64,000 nt of DNA, taken from assembly GCA_023898625.1 (NCBI GenBank), contig CP060231.1:20258-84257 (forward strand), given 5' to 3'. The stretch's first letter is position 1; every line of letters begins with the position of its first letter. The notes under the pieces are model-generated. The model saw only the letters and a list, made by a program, of their open reading frames with translations. It ran no database searches and was not told where the DNA came from. This stretch comes from Candidatus Nomurabacteria bacterium (GTDB taxonomy: Bacteria; Patescibacteriota; Saccharimonadia; Saccharimonadales; JAGQNJ01). Positions 1 through 10,493 of this stretch are shown here, piece by piece. The position numbers and the translations under genes are program-made.

Positions 1-387
1 TTCTAGGATCTCTGCAGATCGCTTCATACGTCGTACGGGCGTCATGCCCTTGTATGCCAAGGGCAAGGCAACGTTTTCAATTGCTGTTAGTTTTGGTAGC
101 AAATTAAAAGACTGAAAAATAAACCCAATATTGTCTCGACGCAACTTTGCGCGTTGATTAGTGCGTAGTTTTGAAGCCGATCGTCCATTCAGCTTATATG
201 TGCCGCTCGTTGGGTGATCTAGTAGCCCAACAATATTCATTAGGGTTGATTTGCCGGATCCACTAGGGCCCATAATTGCCACAAACTCTCCTTTTTCAAC
301 CACAAAATCAACTTCATCCAAAGCCACAGTGGCGGCGTCTCCAAATCCAAATAGCTTACTAACTTCGTTTATTTCTATCAATGGCAT
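1..387 (-). CDS. ABC transporter ATP-binding protein (MacB/LolD/FtsE-like), N-terminal part; 3' end lies outside the window
   Basis: My reverse-strand translation from the ATG at 387 gives MPLIEINEVSKLFGFGDAATVALDEVDFVVEKGEFVAIMGPSGSGKSTLMNIVG (Walker A) ...IGFIFQSFNLLP (Q-loop). It is absent from the ORF track because the window edge truncates it. Confidence 0.85.
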   Translation of the reverse strand, partial: MPLIEINEVSKLFGFGDAATVALDEVDFVVEKGEFVAIMGPSGSGKSTLMNIVGLLDHPTSGTYKLNGRSASKLRTNQRAKLRRDNIGFIFQSFNLLPKLTAIENVALPLAYKGMTPVRRMKRSAEILE

Positions 388-658
388 TATATCTAGTTTA
401 CGCTGTTAATTGAAAAACTCGCAAGAGGTAATGTTAATTTTAGTGTAGTAATTTTTAAGGTGGCAGTTACTGCCAATAAAAAAATAGGATTTTGAGAATG
501 TAATACTTATGGTTTTCTGTTATAATTATCCAAGTCACAAGAGTTAGTTTATGGAACCCGAAGCAATAACAATTACCCTGAATCGTGAGTTATTTACAAT
601 ACTGCACCCTCTATACACTCTCTTATACTTACAATTAATACTAAATTAACCCAAGAGC

Positions 659-3600
659 ATGAATAATCCATCTATTGACGCCAATATTATTCGACAAAAT
701 CGCCCAAAATCAACAAATCGCAAAGTTATTGTGTTGCTAGTCATTTTTCTGCTTACTTTAGGTATTTGTGCAGGTTATCTAACATACAAAAATTCACTAA
801 AATACAGGGAGCTTCAGGCAATTCAGAACAGCATGCAACAAGCACTAGACAATAACACAAACCTTCAAGAAAACGAACTCAATAAAATGGCTCAGGATAT
901 TCATAAACTGCGTCAAGAGCAAGCAGAATTTATCCCAAAGCAATTACAAGATCAATATGATCAAATTCTAAAGAAGCTCGAGCTTTTGTCTCACTCCAAT
1001 AATACCAATGTGGCATCTGTTGCTAGTAATCTACTATTGCAACTATCTAATCAGGCGGGTAGTGGTATATCTGTTGGAGGACCCAATAACACAAATATCT
1101 CAAACTCTGGTGTAATTTCTATAAATAATGCAACGGGTAATATATCTATTCAGGGCACTCCAAATCAAACTACAGTCACCCAAAACGGAAGTACAACCAC
1201 TATCGGTACCACACAAGATATTGCGCCATCCAGTAATCCAACCTTCTCAGGTTTACAAATTAGTGGCACTACAAACACTAATACCTTATCTATTAATTCT
1301 TCTGGCACGCAAAATGGTTATGCAATTTGTGATGCGTCAAATAACTGTGGTTATTCTGGTGCAGGCAGTTCGTTTGTGCAGGGTGGCAATAGCTTCGGAA
1401 ATCCAGCAAACATTGGCACAAACGACACGCAACCGTTAAATGTCGAGACTAATGGCGTTACGAGGCTTAGTATTGACGCAATTGGTAACTCAACCTTTAC
1501 GGGAAATGTTTCATCTAGTGGGACTATATCTGCAAATAATTTGAGCGGTGATGGTAGCGGGGTTACGAACGTAGATGCTACTGCGCTAAATGGCAATACC
1601 GCAGGGAATAGCAACGGACAGATAGCGATAAATAACGGCACAGTAAACACAAACTTGAATGCAGACCTGCTGGATGGACAATCTGGTAGCTACTACCAAA
1701 ACGCTTCGAATATTTCTTCGGGCACTCTTGCCGATGCTAGGTTGTCCGGCAATGTAACTCTGCAAGGCAATAGCTTCAATGGGGCTAATCAGTTAGTACA
1801 GTTGACGGGCGCAGGAGCATTGCCTGTACTCAATGGATCTGCGCTGACAAATATAAATGCCGTAACGCTTGCGGGACAATCTGGTAGTTACTACCAAAAC
1901 GCATCAAATATTAATACAGGTGCACTGTCAGATAGTCGACTGAGTAGCAATGTGCCGCTAAAAAATGCGATAAACACATTCACCAATACGAACAACTTTG
2001 CGGGGATTACATCTACGGGTATATTGCAGGGTGGTTATCAGGTTTGCGATGCCAGCAACAACTGTAACTATGCAACATCTGCGCAGTTTGCTAACGCTAT
2101 TTTGCAAGGTGGTAATAGCTTCGGCACTCAGATGACTATCGGAACAAATGACAATCAATCCCTAGCTATGAAAACCAATGGGTCAATAGCTCTAACCATT
2201 TTGCAAAACGGGGATACAAGCATCGGCACAAATTCCGATCTTGGTCAGCTAGGTGTGGAAAGTACAGCTAGTAACAAAATAACTCTTGTTGTTAAAAAGA
2301 GCGCTAGTCAGTCTGTAAGTATGCAAGAATGGCAAGCTAACAACGGCTCTACTTTAGTAAGGGTTGATAACTGGGGCTCAATTCAGGGCTTTGGTACAGG
2401 AGGCTTCATTGCTTATAACCAACTACAAGCAAGAGGAAATGCACAGCCATACATCACTCTAGGTAATGGCGGTTCAGGCAGTGCTGGTTATGAATGGGCA
2501 TTCACGTCTAATGGCAGGGTGTTTGAGCTGAGGGGAGATCATACTAATGCAAATCCTACGTGGCCAAGACTCTATATGTCGGTAGATAATGTAAATGGCA
2601 CATTAAGCAAATATTCCATTGATCCTACCGCGGTATCAATGATAATTCAAGGGGCGTCTGGGCAAACTGCAAACTTGCAAGAATGGAGGAACAGTAGTAA
2701 TGAGGTGGTTGCTTCGTTAAACTCTATTGGCAATACGCTAACACTAGGAAAAGTATCTACAACGGACCCAAGTTCAACAATAACGCTACGAGGTTCATAC
2801 AATAGTGGTTCAACGACCCTAACTATTAATAGCGGTGGGTCTGATGCAAGTATAATTAGTTCTGGTAGTAGCAATGCCCTAGATATAGGAACGAATAGCT
2901 TTCATGGCCTTATGTTTAGGGCTAGTGGCCAGAGGGTAGGTCAGATCAATTTGCAAGGCATGAGGATAGGTGGGGCTAGCGGTAATCCAGCGGGTCAACT
3001 AGATGTAAATAACCAATCTGCTTCGAGAGTAGGGGCGGTAATAAGAGGGTTTACGGGGCAAATAGCTAACTTGCAGGAATGGAGAAACTCATCAGGCACA
3101 AGTTTGTTGAGTGTTAGTGCAAGTGGTGTCTTGAATGCTCCCGGTCAACTAATAATGATGGAGGGTAATGGCGGCAATACCCGTATTGGCAGTGCAACGC
3201 AACATTTCTCTCATGACAATGGCAAGGGCACATTGCGGTCTACAGATACTGTTGCGTGGTTGCAGTTTACTACTTCTCAGGCTTTAGGAAATGGATTTAG
3301 ACTAGTAGGTTCCGACGGTGCTAGTGATGGAGATTTTGTTATGTACTCATCAGAAAATTTCTTTCAGCAGAACACTATTGAGCGCCTGAGGCTCGTCCAT
3401 GGGGGAGTGTCTGGAGGAGCACTGCAGGTGCGGGGTGTTTCTGGCCAAACGGCAAATTTACAAGAATGGATGTCGTCATCAGGGACAGTGCTTGCCAAGA
3501 TTGATGCATCTGGCAACTTGACCGTAAAGAATGCCACGGTAGAAGGTGCATACATAACATTTAGTAACAATATACGTGGTTACAATGTACCAATAACTGC

Positions 3601-3784
3601 ATCTACGACTTCTCAGTCTGTAACGTTCTCTACGCCACATTCCGATACGAATTATGCTGTATTTTGCACCCCAGATTGGGACACGACTTGCTATGTAAAC
3701 AACAAGACAGTTAACGGCTTTACCCTGAACTTCGGCACAGCAGCCCCTGCCAGTCAAAAGATGGATTGGTTCGTAGCGAGATAG
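659..3784 (+). CDS. Large membrane-anchored surface protein with tail-fibre-like internal repeats
   Basis: 1041-aa ORF with an N-terminal TM helix (VIVLLVIFLLTLGICAGYL) and a coiled-coil-like segment. Internal repeats are 2x GQSGSYYQNASNI..G.L.D.RLS.NV, 2x Y.(I/V)CDASNNC.Y..(Q)GGNSFG...IGTND and 4x G(Q)(T/I)ANLQEW.NSS(G/N)...(L/A)..(V/I)..SG. No enzyme motif was seen. Confidence 0.6.
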   Translation: MNNPSIDANIIRQNRPKSTNRKVIVLLVIFLLTLGICAGYLTYKNSLKYRELQAIQNSMQQALDNNTNLQENELNKMAQDIHKLRQEQAEFIPKQLQDQYDQILKKLELLSHSNNTNVASVASNLLLQLSNQAGSGISVGGPNNTNISNSGVISINNATGNISIQGTPNQTTVTQNGSTTTIGTTQDIAPSSNPTFSGLQISGTTNTNTLSINSSGTQNGYAICDASNNCGYSGAGSSFVQGGNSFGNPANIGTNDTQPLNVETNGVTRLSIDAIGNSTFTGNVSSSGTISANNLSGDGSGVTNVDATALNGNTAGNSNGQIAINNGTVNTNLNADLLDGQSGSYYQNASNISSGTLADARLSGNVTLQGNSFNGANQLVQLTGAGALPVLNGSALTNINAVTLAGQSGSYYQNASNINTGALSDSRLSSNVPLKNAINTFTNTNNFAGITSTGILQGGYQVCDASNNCNYATSAQFANAILQGGNSFGTQMTIGTNDNQSLAMKTNGSIALTILQNGDTSIGTNSDLGQLGVESTASNKITLVVKKSASQSVSMQEWQANNGSTLVRVDNWGSIQGFGTGGFIAYNQLQARGNAQPYITLGNGGSGSAGYEWAFTSNGRVFELRGDHTNANPTWPRLYMSVDNVNGTLSKYSIDPTAVSMIIQGASGQTANLQEWRNSSNEVVASLNSIGNTLTLGKVSTTDPSSTITLRGSYNSGSTTLTINSGGSDASIISSGSSNALDIGTNSFHGLMFRASGQRVGQINLQGMRIGGASGNPAGQLDVNNQSASRVGAVIRGFTGQIANLQEWRNSSGTSLLSVSASGVLNAPGQLIMMEGNGGNTRIGSATQHFSHDNGKGTLRSTDTVAWLQFTTSQALGNGFRLVGSDGASDGDFVMYSSENFFQQNTIERLRLVHGGVSGGALQVRGVSGQTANLQEWMSSSGTVLAKIDASGNLTVKNATVEGAYITFSNNIRGYNVPITASTTSQSVTFSTPHSDTNYAVFCTPDWDTTCYVNNKTVNGFTLNFGTAAPASQKMDWFVAR

Positions 3785-3901
3785 GAATAACATGTTGTCA
3801 TTTCTATTCCACAACATAACGTGTAATGTTACTAGCTGTAAAAAATAAGATTTTGTATATAATATAAACCAGTAACCTAAAAATATAATTAAAGGAAATA
3901 A

Positions 3902-4417
3902 ATGGATCAGATTAGAAAAGCCCATCCACGCAAAGTTACAAATAACGAGAGTGAAGCGTATAGTGCCCAGTCATTTCAAGCACCTCGCAAGCAAACAAAA
4001 GCTAACAAAAAATACCGCTGGATAGTGGTTGCTTTACTGGTGTTACTGTTAATAATAGGGTGTATTGTGGCTAGTTATTTAATGCTATTCAAGAAGAAAA
4101 CAGACACCCATCTCGTAGGCGTTAATAGTGATCAATACCAGGCCTTATTCTTAACTAACGGACAAGTGTATTTTGGAAAATTGTCTCAATTAGATAAAGA
4201 AACTATTAAAATCAACAATATATTCTACCTACAAGTCCAACAACCCGTCCAACCAAAAGACGATAAGCAACAAAACGAAACTCAACTTATTAAACTCGGG
4301 GAAGAGCTTCACGGCCCAAATGACGAGATGTTTGTTAACCGTAGTCAAGTCTTGTTCTGGGAGAACATAAAAGATAACGGCAAGGTTGGAGAAGCTATTA
4401 AATCCTACAATAAGTAA
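3902..4417 (+). CDS. Hypothetical membrane-anchored protein
   Basis: 171-aa ORF with a basic N-terminus and one TM helix (WIVVALLVLLLIIGCIVASYLMLF). No recognisable domain. Confidence 0.5.
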   Translation: MDQIRKAHPRKVTNNESEAYSAQSFQAPRKQTKANKKYRWIVVALLVLLLIIGCIVASYLMLFKKKTDTHLVGVNSDQYQALFLTNGQVYFGKLSQLDKETIKINNIFYLQVQQPVQPKDDKQQNETQLIKLGEELHGPNDEMFVNRSQVLFWENIKDNGKVGEAIKSYNK

Positions 4418-4503
4418 TAGTGACTATAGATTTCGAAACGCATAAATATTGTAGCTAGTATATTTTTCTAAAAGTAAGAATTTATCATATAATACTAGAA
4501 TTC

Positions 4504-4593
4504 GGAGGGGTGCAGGAGTGGTTGAACTGGCACGCCTGGAAAGCGTGTAGGCGGGAAACCGTCTCGAGGGTTCGAATCCCTCTCCCTCCGCCA
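4504..4593 (+). tRNA. tRNA-Ser (anticodon GGA), CCA encoded
   Basis: The acceptor stem pairs GGAGGGG with TCCCTCC. The anticodon stem CACGC/GCGTG carries the loop CTGGAAA. There is a long variable arm, a T-arm GAGGGTTCGAATCCCTC and a 3' GCCA. Confidence 0.9.
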
Positions 4594-4942
4594 TAAATCG
4601 AAACTATTTTTTGCGATAGCGTGGTACTGATTTACTATACAGAATATGCAAGTACTGAATGTGCATTGCATTTATAAGAAAAATGTTTTCAACGTTAATT
4701 AATGACAACCCCGACAATTCCTCGTTTCAAAAAACATTTACTTTTTTGGCATCTTATATGTAAAATCAACCAAGTGCTAGAACTTTCTCATTTAAAACCC
4801 ATAAAACAAAGACAAGATATCTATTTTTTGTGACTTCATGGAACTTAACAGTATACATATCAAGTAAATCTGACTATATAATATGGATGTTTATCTCTTA
4901 GCTACTCGAATATCCCCGAAACAAATTTGATATAAAAATATA

Positions 4943-4987
4943 TTACGCCCAAAACTCACAGTGATATTACTGTTGGTTTGAGCGTAA
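4943..4987 (-). terminator. Rho-independent terminator candidate downstream of the 5026-5427 gene
   Basis: Imperfect inverted repeat TTACGCCCAAAACTCACAGT/ACTGTTGGTTTGAGCGTAA. On the minus strand it is followed by a T-rich run (plus-strand tataaaaatata, 4931-4942). Confidence 0.5.
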
Positions 4988-5025
4988 TACTTTTCTATTC
5001 TTTTAACTTTCAGCGAAGTTATTTG

Positions 5026-5427
5026 TTAGTTTTCTCTCATTTCTTTGCCATGAACGGTGACTGCCCAAATAACAAGCACTCCAATTGTCACCATCATAAT
5101 TGACCAAATTGGGTACACGGGCACGAATAACATATTTGCAATAACACTACCCGTTGCTACTAGCACCGCCACAATTCTTCCATACATATGTCCCTGAGCT
5201 AGTGAACCGGCGGCGAGAAATGCCAATACACCACCAATTGTATGAATCCACCCCCACTGACTATAATCAAACATCCACACTGCATTATTAGTAACAGCGT
5301 ATACGTCATTTTGGAACAAAGCTACAAATCCTGCAATGATATGAAATACCCCGACAATCGCCAATACGATTGAGGCAAAGCCTATCCATCCAGTCCAACC
5401 ACTATCTACATCCTTTTGTTTTGCCAT
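5026..5427 (-). CDS. Small integral membrane protein (four predicted TM helices)
   Basis: The ORF is 5026-5439. I prefer the internal start MAKQ at 5427 because GGAGG sits 7 nt upstream. Hydrophobic segments include WIGFASIVLAIVGVFHIIAGFVALF, GWIHTIGGVLAFLAAG and IVAVLVATGSVIANMLF. Confidence 0.6.
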   Translation of the reverse strand: MAKQKDVDSGWTGWIGFASIVLAIVGVFHIIAGFVALFQNDVYAVTNNAVWMFDYSQWGWIHTIGGVLAFLAAGSLAQGHMYGRIVAVLVATGSVIANMLFVPVYPIWSIMMVTIGVLVIWAVTVHGKEMREN

Positions 5428-5658
5428 AATAACCTCCATTAAATTAATCGAAGAAGAGTAGACTCTATTAAAACATTAGCCCCCTTTCTGTTAATCATAA
5501 AAGTACTACTCACTTCCTAATAAGCAATTATACAACTACATATTATTAATTAATAATGAAAAAATGACTTCAGGGGATACATTTATATATTGATGCATAT
5601 AATTATGTCATGGTATAGTTTTGTTGATTATTGCTATTGGGGCTAGTATTCTAGCAAT

Positions 5659-5976
5659 ATGCCAAAAATACAATTGTCACCAGGTACGGCTCATCAAATA
5701 CCTCCGGATTTAACCAAAGCTCTAAAGGCAAACATAGAAGTGTCAAAGATTTGGAACAATCTAACACCAATCCAAAGAAATGAATGGATTTGTTGGGTTA
5801 TTTCAGTTAAAAAAGAGTCAACCAGAAAAGAACATATAACTCGAGTAATTAAGCAACTACAGGAAGGTAAACGACGCCCTTGTTGTTGGATTGGCTGTGT
5901 TCATCGTACCGATAAAGCTATTAGCCCTTCTGTTAAAAGCATCTTGGAGAAACGCAGTAAACCTCAACAAATTTAG
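5659..5976 (+). CDS. YdeI/OmpD-associated (OmdA-like) family protein
   Basis: 105 aa. LTPIQRNEWICWVISVKKESTRKEHITRVIKQLQEGKRRPCCW resembles the YdeI/OmdA C-terminal signature. Confidence 0.55.
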   Translation: MPKIQLSPGTAHQIPPDLTKALKANIEVSKIWNNLTPIQRNEWICWVISVKKESTRKEHITRVIKQLQEGKRRPCCWIGCVHRTDKAISPSVKSILEKRSKPQQI

Positions 5977-6004
5977 CAAGCTAGTCAAGTGATATAATTA
6001 ACCC

Positions 6005-6637
6005 ATGCGTATCACCAAATATGAACATGCTTGCCTCGACATTCAACAAGATAATACCCGAATCGTTATTGACCCAGGAGAGTTCACAAAATCTTTGATT
6101 GACCTGGATAATATAGACGCGGTAGTCATTACTCATATTCATGGTGATCATTTTAATCAATCACTAATTAACCAGATAATCACCAAAAATCCCAACCTAA
6201 AAATATGGACAACCAGTGAAGTTACTAAATCATTGGAGGATAAGGCTATGGTGGCGAACTTGCAAAATATTGAAAAAATTGGGCAAGTATCTTTAGAGTT
6301 TTTTGGGGAGGAACATGCCGAAATCGACCCAGAAACTCCTGTTGTACAAAATATTGGAGTCTTAATAGATAATAAGCTGTACTATCCTGGTGATTCATTT
6401 ACTGAATGCCCAAAGTCTTTTGAGGTCTTGGCAGTACCCGCATCTGCCCCGTGGCTACGAGTAGGCCAAACTATACCACTTATTAAGAATAGTCAATGTA
6501 AGCAAGTGTTCCCAACACATAACGCTCTTTTGTCTGATGCAGGACACTCAGTAACCAATGTATGGCTAGAAAAGTTTGCCGAACGCTACAATAAAGTCTT
6601 TAACAATCTACAACCAGGCGATACTCTAGAGATATAA
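6005..6637 (+). CDS. MBL-fold metallo-hydrolase
   Basis: HxHxDH motif (VITHIHGDHF) at the expected position near the N-terminus; 210 aa. Confidence 0.75.
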   Translation: MRITKYEHACLDIQQDNTRIVIDPGEFTKSLIDLDNIDAVVITHIHGDHFNQSLINQIITKNPNLKIWTTSEVTKSLEDKAMVANLQNIEKIGQVSLEFFGEEHAEIDPETPVVQNIGVLIDNKLYYPGDSFTECPKSFEVLAVPASAPWLRVGQTIPLIKNSQCKQVFPTHNALLSDAGHSVTNVWLEKFAERYNKVFNNLQPGDTLEI

Positions 6638-6639
6638 AA

Positions 6640-7356
6640 TCAGCAGATTTTCGTGCCAACGTCCTTACCACTGACTACGGCTAGAATATTATTGGGCTTC
6701 ATTGCATCAAAAACTATTATTGGCATTTTATGTTCAAGCGCCAGACCCATGGCGGCTTTATCCATCACCTTAATGTTTATATCTTCAACGGCTTGTTGAA
6801 AGGATAGGTTATTAAACTTTTTTGCATCATTATTATTTGAAGGGTCTTTATCATAAACGCCATCGACCTTGCTGGCCTTAGCTACAATATCGCAACCAAG
6901 CTCAAGCCCAGTCAGTACCGCTGCTGTATCGTGAGTAGAATATGGACGACCAGTTCCACCGGCCACCAACAATATTCGACCAGCCTGCAAATGCTTTTCT
7001 GCCAACCTAAATGAAAAACTCTCAGCAAGTTGCTCAACATAAACATTACTTAAACACCGAGTTGGCAGTCCTTCTGCTTCAAAAATATCAGTTAGAGCCA
7101 TGGCATTCATCAAGCCAGATAGCATGCCCATTTGGTCTGCTGTTACTCTTTTTATATCGCTCTTTCCCGCAAGGGTTGCGCCACGAACCATATTTCCGCC
7201 ACCAACAATAATAACTATTTCAACACCAGTATCCTTAGCGGTGCGTAACTCTTTAGCTAAAAAACGAGCTACATCTGGATCAATACCAAAACCATGCTTG
7301 CCAGCCAATTGCTCACCCGAAAGTTTTAACAAAATCCGTTGATATTGACTACTCAT
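6640..7356 (-). CDS. pyrH: UMP kinase
   Basis: RILLKLSGEQLAG...IVIIVGGGNMVRG...LLVAGGTGRPYSTHDTAA...VDGVYDKDP, colinear with the PyrH family. Confidence 0.92.
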   Translation of the reverse strand: MSSQYQRILLKLSGEQLAGKHGFGIDPDVARFLAKELRTAKDTGVEIVIIVGGGNMVRGATLAGKSDIKRVTADQMGMLSGLMNAMALTDIFEAEGLPTRCLSNVYVEQLAESFSFRLAEKHLQAGRILLVAGGTGRPYSTHDTAAVLTGLELGCDIVAKASKVDGVYDKDPSNNNDAKKFNNLSFQQAVEDINIKVMDKAAMGLALEHKMPIIVFDAMKPNNILAVVSGKDVGTKIC

Positions 7357-7398
7357 TCTTAGTGAGAGATTGTATCAGATAATGATATACTTTGAAAC

Positions 7399-8196
7399 AT
7401 GAAGTTATTCAGCTGGAACGTTAATGGCATCCGCGCAGTTATTCGCAAAGGGGAATTCGAAAAATTTATCAACACTTTTGATCCGGATATCCTCTGTTTG
7501 CAAGAAACCAAGGCGGAACAGGGACAAGCCGAGATTGATCTTCCTCAATACAAAGAATATTGGAATTCATCTCGCACCAAAAAGGGCTATAGTGGAACTG
7601 CTATTTTTACTAAACTAGAACCACTTTCGGTAGTTAATGACATACCCGAGCAGTTTGTTCAAGCCGGGGGGTTAAATGAAGATGACTATGGCCACAGCAA
7701 CGATGAGGGCAGAGTGATAACAGCAGAATTTGCAGATTATTACGTGGTTACCGCTTACACACCAAATGCCAAAGATAACCTATCACGCATTCCACTGCGT
7801 GAACAATGGGACAAAGCACTAACCCTATACTGTGCTGATTTGCAAAAAAACAAGCCCGTTATCTACTGCGGAGATATGAATGTTGCCCACACCGAAGAGG
7901 ACCTTGCCAACCCCAAGCCAAATGTTGGCAAAAAAGGCTTTACCGCCGAAGAGCGCACAGGCTTTGACAACTGGCTGTCCGCGGGCTTCGTCGATACTTT
8001 TCGTATCTTCACACAAGGCAACGGACATTACACCTGGTGGAGCCATTTTGCCAAAAGCCGTGAGCGCAACGTTGGCTGGCGCATCGATTACTTCCTGGTG
8101 TCTGAAGCCCTGAAACAAAAGGTTAAATCTGCAGAAATTCATGCTAATCAACTGGGTTCTGACCACTGCCCAATCAGTATAGAAATTGTTGACTAG
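7399..8196 (+). CDS. xth: Exodeoxyribonuclease III
   Basis: MKLFSWNVNGIRA...ILCLQETK...YCGDMNVAH...WRIDYFLVS...GSDHCPI, the ExoIII/AP-endonuclease motifs. Confidence 0.9.
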   Translation: MKLFSWNVNGIRAVIRKGEFEKFINTFDPDILCLQETKAEQGQAEIDLPQYKEYWNSSRTKKGYSGTAIFTKLEPLSVVNDIPEQFVQAGGLNEDDYGHSNDEGRVITAEFADYYVVTAYTPNAKDNLSRIPLREQWDKALTLYCADLQKNKPVIYCGDMNVAHTEEDLANPKPNVGKKGFTAEERTGFDNWLSAGFVDTFRIFTQGNGHYTWWSHFAKSRERNVGWRIDYFLVSEALKQKVKSAEIHANQLGSDHCPISIEIVD

Positions 8197-8233
8197 TTCA
8201 TGTGTCGAGCATACAATCAAGTTAAGGAGAAAA

Positions 8234-8902
8234 ATGACAAAAAGAAAACACAATAAACAATCTAAAATCAATATAAAAATAATCTTGCTTTTTATTTTAG
8301 GTATAATAGTGACGCTAGGCGTTATTGGACAAATTGTTTTTGATGCGTATTTATGGAATGTTGATAAATTAAATAGTGCATTCGTACTACGAACATCTTT
8401 TAAAGATGCAATTCTTGATGTGGAGGCAACTAGAAATTCCCTTATAGATAGACAAAAGATACCTGAAGCTAGGCTAATATTGCCCAGTGAAACTAATAAC
8501 GGACAAAATATCCGTTATGTCTATTATAGTAAAGATGAAGATCAGCCAGAAACAATAGATATTGGCACTGTCGAACTCACAAACGCAGGAATTATTTCTT
8601 TAAATGGACAGAACGAACACGAAGTTTTGGATAATGTACCGGAATCACAAGCCTGTGCCAGAGGGTTTCATATATATTTCGAGGATCCGAAAGTTCCAGA
8701 CTCAAGTTCGGATAAAAAAGTAGTTGGAGTTAAAAAGCTAGCAGATAATCGAGAAATATATCTGGTACGCGAAATGGATTGCGGGCGAAACCCTAAACTA
8801 ACTCAGTACAACAATTCCGAAGCTCCAAACTTTGACAGAACACCCCGATATCAAATGATGGACGAACTCGAAGAATATCTACTCCAAATCCAGAGCTACT
8901 AG
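8234..8902 (+). CDS. Hypothetical membrane-anchored protein
   Basis: The ORF is 8186-8902. I chose the start at 8234 (MTKRKHNK) because AAGGAG lies 7 nt upstream. One TM helix (IILLFILGIIVTLGVIGQIVF); no known domain. Confidence 0.5.
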   Translation: MTKRKHNKQSKINIKIILLFILGIIVTLGVIGQIVFDAYLWNVDKLNSAFVLRTSFKDAILDVEATRNSLIDRQKIPEARLILPSETNNGQNIRYVYYSKDEDQPETIDIGTVELTNAGIISLNGQNEHEVLDNVPESQACARGFHIYFEDPKVPDSSSDKKVVGVKKLADNREIYLVREMDCGRNPKLTQYNNSEAPNFDRTPRYQMMDELEEYLLQIQSY

Positions 8903-8932
8903 CTAGACAAACGACACATCAACCTTGAGTCG

Positions 8933-9697
8933 TCAAGTTGTATTAGCATTCTTAATTGCGCGATCGACAGAGTACTGTAAGCTTTCGTGCAAATCTGCAA
9001 GCAACACATCACTGTCCTGTCCGGTGTAGATAATTGGGTTGTCCACCCACATCTGCGGATGGCGCTTGTCCCCATCATAAGTAAACCCAATTGGCACTAC
9101 CCCCACCAACAAGTTTGACGCCACACCTCCAAGTACCGCGCATAATCCTGGCTTCAATTCCTGGACAACATCTGGCTGTTCTTTATTACGGGTTCCTTCT
9201 GGGAATATTGCCATGTGTTGACCATTATTTAATTTTTGAATAGAAGTCTGTAGCATTCTATCGGTAGCTTGCCTACGCAAATCAGCATCTTCTTCGCTGA
9301 CATCCTTTTTACGAAATGCCGGAATAGCGCCCATGACGTCTACTCCTCGTCGCAAGACGGGGCGCAATAACTTGCTTGGATGGTGAAATAGTATTTCTTT
9401 GGATTGAATAAACGTGTTGCCAACCATAGGTCGAAAAGTTTCTTCCCGTAGCGCCATAGAACTCACAACATACTGGTCATTATCCGATAAATGATTTAAT
9501 GCCACCACTAGTCGACCATCATTATTCAAAATATCTCTGGCGGTCTGTTGAGCACCTTCAGCGTATTCAACATTTGGGCGAAACATCAAAGACATGGCTT
9601 TGTGACCGATATAAGCCCCGACTTTAGGTTGCTCGTATTGAGCGTAATATTCATAGACTGCTTCGTGATTGCGTAAAGTTACTTCTGGCTTTTTCAT
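8933..9697 (-). CDS. Lysophospholipid (1-acyl-sn-glycerol-3-phosphate) acyltransferase family protein
   Basis: HX4D motif (NHLSDND) and FPEGTR motif (AIFPEGTRNK) in PlsC-family order. Confidence 0.7.
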   Translation of the reverse strand: MKKPEVTLRNHEAVYEYYAQYEQPKVGAYIGHKAMSLMFRPNVEYAEGAQQTARDILNNDGRLVVALNHLSDNDQYVVSSMALREETFRPMVGNTFIQSKEILFHHPSKLLRPVLRRGVDVMGAIPAFRKKDVSEEDADLRRQATDRMLQTSIQKLNNGQHMAIFPEGTRNKEQPDVVQELKPGLCAVLGGVASNLLVGVVPIGFTYDGDKRHPQMWVDNPIIYTGQDSDVLLADLHESLQYSVDRAIKNANTT

Positions 9698-9782
9698 AGC
9701 CTAAGTATATAACCAAATAATTAATATGCAATGAAACAAGAAAAATACAACACTTTGTAATACGATCTGTTACACTGTCAGT

Positions 9783-10493
9783 ATGGAGAAGTTTGCAGTG
9801 TTCGATATTGATGGAACCCTAATACGTTGGCAACTTTATCATGCTGTTGTTAATAGACTGGCCAAAGCTAAAGCACTAAGCGATAATGCTCAACACGAAC
9901 TAAAACAGGCAATGATGAGCTGGAAACGCAGAGAAAATGAAGATGCATTTAAAAACTATCAAAGTAAATTAGTAAAACTTTACGAACAGTCTCTACCTAA
10001 CATAAGCACATCGGTTTTTGACAAACTTATTACTGAAGTAATTAACGAATACAAAGATCAAACGTATATATTTACTAGAAACTTAATTCACCAATTGAAG
10101 TCCAAAGGCTATAAACTGTTCATTATCTCAGGATCCCACCAAGAACTTGTGGAACAAATAGGCAAATATTACAATTTTGATGACTATATTGGAGCAAAAT
10201 ATACCAGAGATAGCAATGGCTTTACTGGAGAGTCTTCGATACCAGCACTTAACAAAGCAAAGTCACTAGAACAACTGATCACCAAACACAAAGTAATCAC
10301 CAGAGATAGTATCGGAATCGGGGACACAAAAAGTGACATCTCAATGCTTGAGATGGTAGACCAACCAATTGCCTTTAATCCTGACAAACTACTCTTTAAT
10401 GTCGCCAAAGAAAGAGGGTGGCAAATTGTTATCGAAAGAAAAAATGTAATTTATAAACTGGATAAGAAAGATGGCGTCTATGTATTGGATTAA
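9783..10493 (+). CDS. HAD-IB family hydrolase (SerB-like)
   Basis: DxDGT motif (FDIDGTLI), SG motif (IISGSH) and a C-terminal GDTKSD acidic motif. Confidence 0.75.
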   Translation: MEKFAVFDIDGTLIRWQLYHAVVNRLAKAKALSDNAQHELKQAMMSWKRRENEDAFKNYQSKLVKLYEQSLPNISTSVFDKLITEVINEYKDQTYIFTRNLIHQLKSKGYKLFIISGSHQELVEQIGKYYNFDDYIGAKYTRDSNGFTGESSIPALNKAKSLEQLITKHKVITRDSIGIGDTKSDISMLEMVDQPIAFNPDKLLFNVAKERGWQIVIERKNVIYKLDKKDGVYVLD

